From an uncultured Bacteroidales bacterium (lineage in GTDB: Bacteria > Bacteroidota > Bacteroidia > Bacteroidales > VadinHA17): DNA of 64,000 bases. How positions within the stretch are numbered: the first letter of the stretch is position 1; each line of letters opens with the position of its first letter. The notes under the pieces were generated by a model. The model had not been told where the DNA came from, made no database searches, and saw only the letters and a list, made by a program, of their open reading frames with translations. A program made the position numbers and the translations under genes. Shown here piece after piece: positions 37,819-47,041 of the stretch. The DNA lies in assembly GCA_963825165.1 (NCBI GenBank), contig CAWGRY010000003.1:129605-193604 (forward strand), given 5' to 3'.

Positions 37819-38988
37819 TTGAAAACCATGAAAAAACCTCTCCTGATTACCATTATCGTTCTGGTAGCATTGCTGTTATTACCGGCGGTCAGCTTCCTCA
37901 GATGGGCCTTCCAGGAAAAGAAACCTATGAATGTCGTCATTCTTGACAAGACAGTTCCCACTCTTAAAAGGCTGGGACACCGGTCCTTCGTCTATGTTAT
38001 GACCAATGACCGTTTTGTCAGGAAAGGCAAGGGAGGCAGTATGTCGGCATCGAAAGACTATTTTGGTTTTGTCCCGGTCAGACCGGTCAGGGAGAAACAA
38101 TTCAGAAAAAAGGATTTCCGTCTGACAGAGCTGATTGACCTGGCAGATAATAACGATGCTCTCTATTATACAGATACTTACGGTGTATTCTTCAACGACT
38201 GGTACCAGGGTATAAAGAAAGCGCGCCGGTCACGGAAACTTTACGGAGGCCTCAACAATAATGACTACCTCCTGATGTCCGAGATGAAAAAACGGGAAAA
38301 GCTGGTCCTGGTCGAATACAACACATTTGATTATCCTACCGCAGACCTTGAGAGATTCAAAACCGAAGAGCTGCTGGGCATCACCTCTACAAAATGGATG
38401 GGGCAGTATTACCTAACCCTCGATACCATATCAGACCAGGGTGCACCCGGCTGGATGCCGGCATTGTACAGGAAGCAGTACCAGAAACCATGGAACTTTA
38501 CTAAACCCGGCGTAGTGCTGCTGAGAGAAAACAGCATAATTGTACTGGAGGAAGGTGAACATCTGACCTCCCCGATGCCTGTTATAACGACATCAAGCCC
38601 TTTCACGGAAAAGTATAACCTCCCGCAGCTGGTCACTTTTGCCAAAAGCTTTGATATTATTGACCCCGGGAAGAACACTATCGTGTCATCTTTCAAACTC
38701 AATACCACCCCTGTAGGTGACACCCTTCTGGCTGACAATGAGCTGACGTCCGTCTTTCCCGCAGTAGTACAGGATCCTGTATCAGGACGTACATTCTATT
38801 TTTCAGGTGATTTTGCCAACAATGATATTCCTTTCTGGACTTCCAGGTTCAAAAACATTGACAAGAGGGCAAAAACATTCTTCTACTCAGAGAATGAAAA
38901 TGACGGCAAGAGATTCTTCTGGCTCTACTACAAGCCCCTGATCACGGGAATATTCACTGAATATCAATCGGCAACAACAGGGAAATGA
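37819..38988 (+). CDS. hypothetical N-terminally membrane-anchored protein
   Basis: 389 aa with a single N-terminal TM (LLITIIVLVALLLLPAVSFL). The rest is hydrophilic with no motif I recognise. Confidence 0.5.
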   Translation: MKTMKKPLLITIIVLVALLLLPAVSFLRWAFQEKKPMNVVILDKTVPTLKRLGHRSFVYVMTNDRFVRKGKGGSMSASKDYFGFVPVRPVREKQFRKKDFRLTELIDLADNNDALYYTDTYGVFFNDWYQGIKKARRSRKLYGGLNNNDYLLMSEMKKREKLVLVEYNTFDYPTADLERFKTEELLGITSTKWMGQYYLTLDTISDQGAPGWMPALYRKQYQKPWNFTKPGVVLLRENSIIVLEEGEHLTSPMPVITTSSPFTEKYNLPQLVTFAKSFDIIDPGKNTIVSSFKLNTTPVGDTLLADNELTSVFPAVVQDPVSGRTFYFSGDFANNDIPFWTSRFKNIDKRAKTFFYSENENDGKRFFWLYYKPLITGIFTEYQSATTGK

Positions 38989-39007
38989 ATTAATTAATAA
39001 TTAAGGA

Positions 39008-39031
39008 ACAGGCCTCAGGCCTGTTTTTTAT
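39008..39031 (+). terminator. Rho-independent terminator
   Basis: AACAGGCC-TCA-GGCCTGTT is followed by TTTTATTT. The hairpin is a sequence variant of the 34927/35458 element. Confidence 0.75.
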
Positions 39032-39035
39032 TTGT

Positions 39036-39803
39036 ATGAAAGCGACCATCATACAGACTGATCTCGGATGGGAAGACAAAAATGCCAACCTGGCGCACAT
39101 TTCCTCCCTTCTCAGTCTTGCTGACAGTGATACGGAACTGGTGGTTCTTCCAGAGATGTTTACCACTGCTTTCTCTATGGATCCCGCACGACTCGCTGAG
39201 ACAATGGAAGGGCCATCGGTCCTCTGGATGAAAGAGAAAGCCTTATCAGGAGGTTACGCATTATGCGGATCGATTATTATAAGGGAAGACGATAAATTCT
39301 TTAACCGGATGCTCTTCATCACACCGCAGGGAGAAGTGACTGTTTATGACAAGCGACACCTTCATTCGATGAGCGGAGAGCATACTGTTTACAGTCGTGG
39401 CAACCAGAGAATTATACATAGTTACCGGGAGTTTAACTTTAATCTGCAGGTATGTTATGACCTGCGCTTCCCGGTATGGTCGCGCAACAGGGGTGACAGT
39501 GATGTTATTATCTATTCTGCCAACTGGCCCGTCGTCCGTAGCCATGTCTGGAAAACCCTCCTTGTCGCCAGGGCAATTGAGAACCAGTGTTATGTTATTG
39601 GTGTGAACAGGGTGGGGACTAACCCGGACGGTACTTCCTATTCGGGCGACTCTGTAATAATAAGTCCGAAAGGTGAAACACTTGCCTCTCTTGAGCCTGA
39701 TGCTGAGGGTGTGGTATCTGCCGAGATGTCAGGGGAGGCTCTTGACCGGTACAGGTCTGACATGCCTGTCTGGCGCGATGCCGATCCCTTCACCCTCCTG
39801 TAG
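39036..39803 (+). CDS. carbon-nitrogen hydrolase family amidohydrolase (YafV-like omega-amidase)
   Basis: 255 aa with LVVLPEMFTTAF (catalytic Glu), DKRHLH (Lys) and FNLQVCYDLRFP (Cys). The overall layout resembles E. coli YafV. Confidence 0.8.
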   Translation: MKATIIQTDLGWEDKNANLAHISSLLSLADSDTELVVLPEMFTTAFSMDPARLAETMEGPSVLWMKEKALSGGYALCGSIIIREDDKFFNRMLFITPQGEVTVYDKRHLHSMSGEHTVYSRGNQRIIHSYREFNFNLQVCYDLRFPVWSRNRGDSDVIIYSANWPVVRSHVWKTLLVARAIENQCYVIGVNRVGTNPDGTSYSGDSVIISPKGETLASLEPDAEGVVSAEMSGEALDRYRSDMPVWRDADPFTLL

Positions 39804-39816
39804 CTCACTGGCCAAA

Positions 39817-39852
39817 AACCTTCAACCCTTCAACCTCTCAACCCTTCAACAC
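39817..39852 (-). repeat. GGTTGA-containing octamer repeat x4, read as TCAACCYY on the + strand
   Basis: TCAACC occurs at 39822, 39830, 39838 and 39846, exactly 8 nt apart. The array supplies the last codons and the stop of the minus-strand gene ending at 39838. Confidence 0.9.
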
Positions 39853-42777
39853 ATTAAAAAGTACCTCGGCCGGATGCAATGCAACCCGTCCGGTCCCATC
39901 CTTGATATGGTGCCTGCAGCTTGTTCCGGGAGCAACCACGACAGTCTGCTCCGACGCACTCCTGACATCCGGAAAGAGTACGAGCTCACCTACTTTCTGC
40001 GAGAGATCAAAGTGCTCTTTTTCATAGCCGAAGGCACCGGCCATCCCGCAGCATCCCGAGGGTATCTCCCTGACAGTGAAGCCTGAAGGTATGCTCAGTG
40101 CCGCAATTACCGGCGCAGATGTGACTATCGCTTTTTGCTGACAGTGCACATGGACAAGCACTTCAGCACTGTCATTTCGGAACATATCACCTGTGATCTT
40201 TCCTTTTGCGAACTCCCTGACAAGGAATTCCTCCAGCAGCAAGGTGTTCTCTGCTACTTTCAGCGCCTTGCTGCGGTAGATTTCACCTGCAAGATCAGGG
40301 AACTCATCCCTGAAACCAAGTACAGCAGACGGCTCAAGTCCCACCAGCGGCCTGTCTGCGCTGAGAATGGGTTCAAAGACCTCAATGTTATTGATTATCA
40401 TCCCCTTCGCTTTGCGGAGGAATCCTTTTGATATATATGTTCTGGCGCTGGGTGAGTGCCTGACAGTCAGCACCCTGTATCCCAGACCTGTAAGTAGCTT
40501 CACAGCACTGATGCCCACCTGTGTGTCATTATGGTTGGTGAACTCGTCGACGAAGATGTAAAGCTCGCCGACCGGCTTTACAGGATTAAGCATCGCAAGG
40601 TTTTTCCTCAGCCATCTCCGGAATGTCACGGGAGCGAGCAACGGTATACTCCTGGCAGTGGCAAAGCCGGTCATCCTTTTGATTAATGATGAAGTAATCC
40701 CGTTTGATGCAAAGAGGTTGAAGATACCAGGAATGAACGAAAAGAGCCTGTAGATCATCGGGAGTGAGGCTATCAGCCTTGATCGCAGGGGAGGCTGGTG
40801 GCTGTCGTTATAGTGCTGAAGGAACTCTGACTTCAGCTTGGCCATGTCCACCCCTGAAGGGCACTCGCTCTTGCATCCCTTGCAGGCCAGGCAGAGATCA
40901 AGAATGTCATGCATCTCGCTGCTGTCCCATGGATCATGCCTGTCGGCATACAGCATCTCCCTCACAATGTTGGCCCTTGCCCGCGTGGTAAGACGTTCAT
41001 CCCCTGTGGCCATGTAGCTCGGACACATGGTACCGCCAATGACGCTGCTCTTGCGGCAATCACCTGACCCGTTGCACTTCTCCGCAGCCCTTACCACACC
41101 GCCTTCAGCCGAGAAATCATACCACGTCTTCAGCTCCGGCGTAGGTTTTCCGGGGACATATCTCAGTGATGTGTCCATAGGAGGGGTGTGTACTATCTTA
41201 CCGGGATTCAGGATGCCATGCGGGTCGAAGAATTGCTTTAACCTTTTGTTAAGCTGATAGTTATGCTCTCCGATGATAAGTGGAATGAACTCGCCCCTCA
41301 GACGGCCGTCGCCATGCTCTCCGCTCATTGATCCACGGTACTTTTTAACTATGGCGGCAGTCTTCTCTCCGATGATCCGCAGCAGCTTTACATCATGAGG
41401 GTCTTTCAGATCCATCAGGGGCCTTATGTGCAGCTCGCCCGTTCCTATATGGGCATGATAGACAGATTCTTTTCCGAATGAAGCAAGCATTCCTTCAATA
41501 TCTGTTACGAAGTCACCCAGCTTATCCACTGACACAGCACAGTCTTCGATGAGCGAGATCGGTTTGGCGTCGCCGGGCATGTTGGACAGGATTCCGAGGC
41601 CGGCTTTACGCAGATCCCATACCCTTTTAACATCACTGCCCCATACAGCCGGGAAGGCATATCCCAGTCCTTCAGCCCTCATCTCAGCCTCCATGACTGA
41701 GGCGACAGCCGTTATCTCTTCCTTGTTCTGGGCGCAGAGCTCGACGAGCAGCAGGGCACCCGGCTCGCCCTCGATAAAGAACCTGTTTCGCTTCTGGCCC
41801 TCGACTTTCTCTGCCAGGGATAAAATCCTCTGGTCCATCAGTTCCACGGCCCATGGTTTGTACTTCAATGCAATGAGATTAGCCCGGAAAGCATCATTGC
41901 GCTTGCACAGATGAACGCAGACAAGGGCTTTCACCGGTGGTGGCATGGGCACAAGACTCAGCTTCGCCTCGGTGACTATGGCCAGTGTGCCCTCAGATCC
42001 GCATAAGAGCCTCGCAAGGTTAAAAGGCCTGCCGCTGCCAGGTGTGAACGGCTCGCTGTAAAGAAGATCATCTAGGGCATAGCCTGTGTTGCGCCTGGGG
42101 ATATCTTTTCCGGGATAGTCGCGCATGATGGAGTCTCTGTTGACCTTATCGCCCATCATGGATATTATTTCCCTGTATAATTCACCTTCAGCTCCTTCCA
42201 GGGCACATTTCTGAGTTAGTTCTTCAGCAGGGACAGGTCCGAAGACAGCCTCGGAACCATCATGGAGCAGGACTTTGACTTCAATGATATGATCCCTGAC
42301 GGAGCCATATACCACGGAATGCAGTCCGCAGCCGTTGTTGCCGATCATGCCTCCAATATTGCATCTGTTGGAGGTGGATGTCTCGGGCCCGAAGAGAAGT
42401 CCGTCATTTTTAAGGATGGCGTTCAGCTCGTCAGGGACAACGCCCGGTTCGAGTCTTACCCACTTTTCTGTCTTGTTTATCTCCAGGATGCGTCCGAAAT
42501 GCCGCGACATGTCGGCCACTATCCCCGAACCAACTACCTGGCCTGCAAGCGAAGTGCCGGCGGCTCTTGGAATGATGCCCACCCCGTGCTTCGATGCAAA
42601 TGAAAGAAGCTTTTTCAGATCTGCAGTGTGGGCCGGATAAAAAACTGCTGCCGGCTCCTCACGGTATATGGAAGCATCCGTGGCATACATGAGCAAGGAG
42701 GCTTTGTCTATCCGCATTTCACCTTCACATGAGGCTGCAAACTCCTCAAGTTCCTTAACGGTAAAACTTATCTGCAT
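39838..42777 (-). CDS. FAD-linked oxidase fused to an Fe-S/CCG domain (GlcD-GlcF / D-lactate dehydrogenase-like)
   Basis: 979 aa. The N-terminal FAD_binding_4 pattern is IIPRAAGTSLAGQVVG and the middle has SGEHGDGRLRG. The C-terminus has the cluster motif CLACKGCKSECPSGVD plus Cys-rich CCG-like repeats (PSGCCGMAG). Confidence 0.85.
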   Translation of the reverse strand: MQISFTVKELEEFAASCEGEMRIDKASLLMYATDASIYREEPAAVFYPAHTADLKKLLSFASKHGVGIIPRAAGTSLAGQVVGSGIVADMSRHFGRILEINKTEKWVRLEPGVVPDELNAILKNDGLLFGPETSTSNRCNIGGMIGNNGCGLHSVVYGSVRDHIIEVKVLLHDGSEAVFGPVPAEELTQKCALEGAEGELYREIISMMGDKVNRDSIMRDYPGKDIPRRNTGYALDDLLYSEPFTPGSGRPFNLARLLCGSEGTLAIVTEAKLSLVPMPPPVKALVCVHLCKRNDAFRANLIALKYKPWAVELMDQRILSLAEKVEGQKRNRFFIEGEPGALLLVELCAQNKEEITAVASVMEAEMRAEGLGYAFPAVWGSDVKRVWDLRKAGLGILSNMPGDAKPISLIEDCAVSVDKLGDFVTDIEGMLASFGKESVYHAHIGTGELHIRPLMDLKDPHDVKLLRIIGEKTAAIVKKYRGSMSGEHGDGRLRGEFIPLIIGEHNYQLNKRLKQFFDPHGILNPGKIVHTPPMDTSLRYVPGKPTPELKTWYDFSAEGGVVRAAEKCNGSGDCRKSSVIGGTMCPSYMATGDERLTTRARANIVREMLYADRHDPWDSSEMHDILDLCLACKGCKSECPSGVDMAKLKSEFLQHYNDSHQPPLRSRLIASLPMIYRLFSFIPGIFNLFASNGITSSLIKRMTGFATARSIPLLAPVTFRRWLRKNLAMLNPVKPVGELYIFVDEFTNHNDTQVGISAVKLLTGLGYRVLTVRHSPSARTYISKGFLRKAKGMIINNIEVFEPILSADRPLVGLEPSAVLGFRDEFPDLAGEIYRSKALKVAENTLLLEEFLVREFAKGKITGDMFRNDSAEVLVHVHCQQKAIVTSAPVIAALSIPSGFTVREIPSGCCGMAGAFGYEKEHFDLSQKVGELVLFPDVRSASEQTVVVAPGTSCRHHIKDGTGRVALHPAEVLFNVLKG

Positions 42778-42966
42778 CTTCCGGGAATTATCATGTCAAA
42801 AATATAGAATTGATCCTATAGATTGCCGCCAAAAACACCATTTTGAGAAAAAAGTAACTAAAATTTCAAAATCTGATTTTAATCATGGATTTGATCATGG
42901 TGCAGTTACACTTTTTTTTTCTACTTTTAACCCATGACTAATACTTAACTAAATTATTGATTGACA

Positions 42967-43974
42967 ATGGAATTGCTCGAGCAGATCAGATTGAATGCCA
43001 AAAGGCACAACAAAAGAATAGTTTTACCCGAGGGCACTGAAGAGAGAACCCTGAAAGCGGCAGATGCTGTAATAGCTGAAGGTATTGCGCGTATTACGCT
43101 TCTCGGAGACCCAAAGGAGATTATGATGCTGGCAGAAAGGCTGGAACTGAAGAATATCGGGAAGGCAACCATCATTGATCCGGCCAGTCACCCCATGAAG
43201 GACAAGTACATTGATCTGATGGTCGAGCTGAGAAAAAGCAAGGGACTGACGAGGGAAGAGGCTTCCAGGCTCATTGAGGATCCTCTCTACCTGGGAGTGA
43301 TGATGATAAAGAACGGTGACGTCGATGGCGAGGTGGCCGGAGCACGTAACACGACAGGCGATGTTCTCAGGCCTGCTCTTCAGATTGTAAAGACGGCCCC
43401 GGGCATCTCAGTAGTTTCCGGTGCATTTATCATGATATTGAAAGACAAAGAGTTTGGTGCCGATGGAGTGATTGTTTTTGCAGACGGAGCCGTTTATCCT
43501 GATCCGACGGACAAAGAGCTTGCAGAAATAGCAGTATGCACTGCCCGCACTACAAAAACGCTTTTAGGTGTTGAACCCAAGGTTGCCCTTCTCAGCTTTT
43601 CAACAATGGGAAGTGCCAGACACGAGATGGTGGATAAAGTCGTGAACGCTACCAGGATGGCAAAAGAGATGGCTCCTGAATTCATGTTCGAGGGTGAACT
43701 TCAGGCTGATGCAGCACTGATTGAAGCGATAGGCCAGAAGAAAGCTCCCGGAAGCAAGATCGCCGGCAAGGCTAACGTACTTATATTCCCTAACCTGGAA
43801 TGTGGTAACATAGCATACAAGCTCGTTGAACGTCTTGCCCATGCTCAGGCCATCGGACCGGTTCTCCAGGGCATGGCGGCGCCGATAAACGATCTGTCAA
43901 GGGGCTGCTCAGTGAGTGATATTATTAACGTTATTGCCATAGCTGCAAACCAGGCAGCAGGCCTGAATAAGTAA
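42967..43974 (+). CDS. pta: phosphate acetyltransferase (short form)
   Basis: About 335 aa with RIVLPEGTEERTLKAA, FADGAVYPDP, LLSFSTMGSA, ANVLIFPNLECGNIAYK and GPVLQGMAAPINDLSRG. Confidence 0.92.
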   Translation: MELLEQIRLNAKRHNKRIVLPEGTEERTLKAADAVIAEGIARITLLGDPKEIMMLAERLELKNIGKATIIDPASHPMKDKYIDLMVELRKSKGLTREEASRLIEDPLYLGVMMIKNGDVDGEVAGARNTTGDVLRPALQIVKTAPGISVVSGAFIMILKDKEFGADGVIVFADGAVYPDPTDKELAEIAVCTARTTKTLLGVEPKVALLSFSTMGSARHEMVDKVVNATRMAKEMAPEFMFEGELQADAALIEAIGQKKAPGSKIAGKANVLIFPNLECGNIAYKLVERLAHAQAIGPVLQGMAAPINDLSRGCSVSDIINVIAIAANQAAGLNK

Positions 43975-43986
43975 CAGTGCACTATC

Positions 43987-45198
43987 ATGATGATCCTTGT
44001 TCTTAACTGCGGCAGCTCCTCGATCAAGTACCAGCTGTTCAATATGACTGACGGTTCGGAGGTCCTTGCCAAAGGCCTCATTGAACGTATCGGCATCATC
44101 GACGGAATACTTACACACAAGCCTGCCGGAAAGGACCCGTATAAGGTTGTGCTTGACATCCCTGACCATACTGTCGGTATCAATATGGTCATGGAAGCTC
44201 TCGTTCACCCCGTACACGGGGTTATTAAAAATATCAACGAAATAACTGCGGTAGGGCACCGTGTTGCTCACGGAGGCGAAAACTTCAAGGAATCCGTTCT
44301 GATAAACGCAGATGTAAAACGCGATATCGAAAAGTGTGGTGAACTCGCTCCGTTACACAACCCTGCGCACCTTAAAGGCATCCTCTCATGCGAGAAACTG
44401 CTTCCGGGCATACCCCAGGTAGCTGTCTTTGATACCTCGTTCCACCAGACCATGCCTGACTATGCGTACATGTACGCCATCCCGTACGAATACTACGAGA
44501 AGTACAGGATCCGCAAATACGGGTTCCATGGGACAAGCCACAAGTATGTGGCTGAAAAAGCCTGCAGGCTCCTAAACCTGGACTTTCACAATGCCAGGAT
44601 CATTACCTGCCATCTCGGCAACGGAGCCTCAATTACTGCCATAGAAAACGGCAAGTCTATTGACACTTCAATGGGATTCACTCCTGTCGACGGACTGATA
44701 ATGGGTACCCGTACCGGAGAGATAGATCCCGGCGTGCTTCTGTATCTTGCTGAAAAAGAGGGACTGAGCGTCAGCGGTGTGAATAACATGATCAATAAGA
44801 AAAGCGGTGTGGCAGGTATCTCTCAGCTGTCATCAGATATGAGGGACCTGGAGGCTGCCGCCGGCGAAGGCAACCCCAAAGCTATCCTGGCCCTTAATAT
44901 GTATTCCTATAAGATCAAGAAGTTCATCGGCGCCTATATCGCTGCGCTGAACGGCCTTGACCTGCTCGTTTTCACTGCCGGTGTGGGCGAAAATGACATC
45001 AACTCGCGGAAGATGATCTGCACCGGTATGGAGTACCTTGGAATTGAGATCGATGATGACCAGAATAAGCGCGCCAGGGCAAAAGACCTTTTGATATCAA
45101 GTGCTTCCTCGAAAGTCAAAGTTATGGTGATCACCACGGATGAAGAATTTGTAATCGCTGCAGATACTCAGGAAATAGTTGAGAAGATAACTCGTTAA
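43987..45198 (+). CDS. ackA: acetate kinase
   Basis: 403 aa with ILVLNCGSSSIKYQLF, VGHRVAHGG, FDTSFHQTMP, YGFHGTSH, CHLGNGASI and FTAGVGEN. Confidence 0.96.
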   Translation: MMILVLNCGSSSIKYQLFNMTDGSEVLAKGLIERIGIIDGILTHKPAGKDPYKVVLDIPDHTVGINMVMEALVHPVHGVIKNINEITAVGHRVAHGGENFKESVLINADVKRDIEKCGELAPLHNPAHLKGILSCEKLLPGIPQVAVFDTSFHQTMPDYAYMYAIPYEYYEKYRIRKYGFHGTSHKYVAEKACRLLNLDFHNARIITCHLGNGASITAIENGKSIDTSMGFTPVDGLIMGTRTGEIDPGVLLYLAEKEGLSVSGVNNMINKKSGVAGISQLSSDMRDLEAAAGEGNPKAILALNMYSYKIKKFIGAYIAALNGLDLLVFTAGVGENDINSRKMICTGMEYLGIEIDDDQNKRARAKDLLISSASSKVKVMVITTDEEFVIAADTQEIVEKITR

Positions 45199-45210
45199 AC
45201 CCTCTATATC

Positions 45211-46119
45211 ATGGTATTAAAACACCTCTCAGAACTCAAGGAACTGCTTGTTGACAAACCGACCCGGAGACTGGTCCTTGCGGCGGCTCAGGATCATAAC
45301 TCACTCACTTCAGCTTTGCAGGCAGCACAGGACGGTTTTATAGAACCGATCCTTGTGGGCGACAAGGAAGCCGTGCAGAATCTTGCTGTTCAGTATAATC
45401 TTGACCTGTCAGGTGTGAGGATGATCCATGAGCCGGATACCGAGATGGCAGTGGAGATATCCGTCAAGATGGTTCGAAGCAACCAGGCCGATATACTTAT
45501 GAAGGGACAGGTGGGGACATCATCACTGCTCAAGGCAGTGCTTAATAAGGAATGGGGGCTCAGATCAGGCGCTCTCCTCTCACACTTTGCCCTGTTTGAG
45601 GTGGAAGCCTATCATAAGCTGATTGCCGTGACTGACGTTGCGATGAACATTGCACCGAACCTGGCGGACAAGATCTCAATTGTGAACAATTCGGTAGAGT
45701 GTCTCAACAAGCTGGGTATTGATATGCCCAAGGTTGCAGTTCTTGGTGCCGTTGAGATGGTCAGTGAGAACATGCAGGCGACGCTTGATGCCGCACTGCT
45801 GTCGAAGATGAACCAGCGTGACCAGATCAAGCATTGCCTGATCGACGGTCCCCTGGCATTTGACAATGCCATCAGCCTCGAGAGCGCCACCCACAAAGGT
45901 ATCCGCAGCGAAGTGGCAGGCGACACCGACCTGCTGCTGATGCCTGATATTGAAGTGGGTAATGTACTTTATAAATCACTCGTATTCTTTGCCCATGCCG
46001 GGGTGGCTGCTGTGATTCTCGGGGCCACCGCTCCGATTGTACTGACATCCAGGAGCGACTCTGACCAGGCAAAGTATTTTAGCATCCTTCTTGCAGCTGC
46101 CATATCAAAAACAGAATAG
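45211..46119 (+). CDS. ptb: phosphate butyryltransferase (paralogue 1)
   Basis: 302 aa in the PTA_PTB family with ILMKGQVGTSSLLKAVL, TDVAMNIAPNL and LLMPDIEVGNVLYKSL. Confidence 0.85.
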   Translation: MVLKHLSELKELLVDKPTRRLVLAAAQDHNSLTSALQAAQDGFIEPILVGDKEAVQNLAVQYNLDLSGVRMIHEPDTEMAVEISVKMVRSNQADILMKGQVGTSSLLKAVLNKEWGLRSGALLSHFALFEVEAYHKLIAVTDVAMNIAPNLADKISIVNNSVECLNKLGIDMPKVAVLGAVEMVSENMQATLDAALLSKMNQRDQIKHCLIDGPLAFDNAISLESATHKGIRSEVAGDTDLLLMPDIEVGNVLYKSLVFFAHAGVAAVILGATAPIVLTSRSDSDQAKYFSILLAAAISKTE

Positions 46120-46120
46120 G

Positions 46121-47041
46121 ATGATCACCAGCCTCAGGCAGATGGCTGACACTGTCAGATCAGCGGGACGAAGCCATAAGATTGCAGTAGCCTGGGCACA
46201 GGATCCGAACACGGTCGGATCTCTCCACAGGGCTGTCAGTGAGGGCTTTGCTGAGGCTATAATGATAGGCAGGAGGGAACAGATAATCAGAACATGCCTT
46301 GAAACAGGCGCGGATCCGGAACGCTTTACGATCATTGAAGCAGCCAGCGAAAAGAATGCTGCCGAGCTTGCGGTCAGTATGACTGCTTCAGGGGAGGCTG
46401 ATATTGTTATGAAAGGACTCGTCGGCACGGACAAATTCCTTAGGGCAGTAATGGATAAGGACCACGGTCTTCTGCCACCAAAGGCGGTGATGAGCTATGT
46501 CTGCGCCATAGAGATACCCGCCTATCACAAGCTCCTTTTTGTTACTGATACTGCTGTGATACCATTCCCCGGTCTTGATCAGAAAGTAGCCATGGCAGGG
46601 TATGCCATTACAATGGCAGGAAAGTTCGGCATACCCAAACCGTCAGTGGCACTTATCGGAGCATCGGAGAAGGTGAGCAGACACTTTCCCAGTACTCTTG
46701 ACTATTCGGTCATGTGCAAGATGGCAGAAAGGGGTCAGATCCCCTCATGTGTGATGGACGGGCCTGTCGATCTCTTCCTGGCATGCGATCCCGCCAGCGT
46801 CAGGATAAAGGGCGTGGATACACCCCTCGCCGGTGATGCCGATATACTGCTTTTCCCGTCTCTTGAGGCCTGTAATCCTTTTTACAAGGCACTGATGCTT
46901 TTCGGCGGGGGCGAACTTGCAGGTATGATCTGCGGTACCTCAAAACCGGTGGTGCTCATGTCAAGAAGCGAAAGCGAACTGTCAAAATATTACTGTGTGG
47001 CACTTGCATGCCTGATGGCACCTACTAAAGATAATAACTGA
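46121..47041 (+). CDS. phosphate butyryltransferase-like acyltransferase (paralogue 2)
   Basis: About 306 aa from ATG 46121, one nt after the ptb stop. Motifs are IVMKGLVGTDKFLRAVM, TDTAVIPFPGL and ILLFPSLEACNPFYKAL. It is clearly diverged from paralogue 1. Confidence 0.8.
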   Translation: MITSLRQMADTVRSAGRSHKIAVAWAQDPNTVGSLHRAVSEGFAEAIMIGRREQIIRTCLETGADPERFTIIEAASEKNAAELAVSMTASGEADIVMKGLVGTDKFLRAVMDKDHGLLPPKAVMSYVCAIEIPAYHKLLFVTDTAVIPFPGLDQKVAMAGYAITMAGKFGIPKPSVALIGASEKVSRHFPSTLDYSVMCKMAERGQIPSCVMDGPVDLFLACDPASVRIKGVDTPLAGDADILLFPSLEACNPFYKALMLFGGGELAGMICGTSKPVVLMSRSESELSKYYCVALACLMAPTKDNN

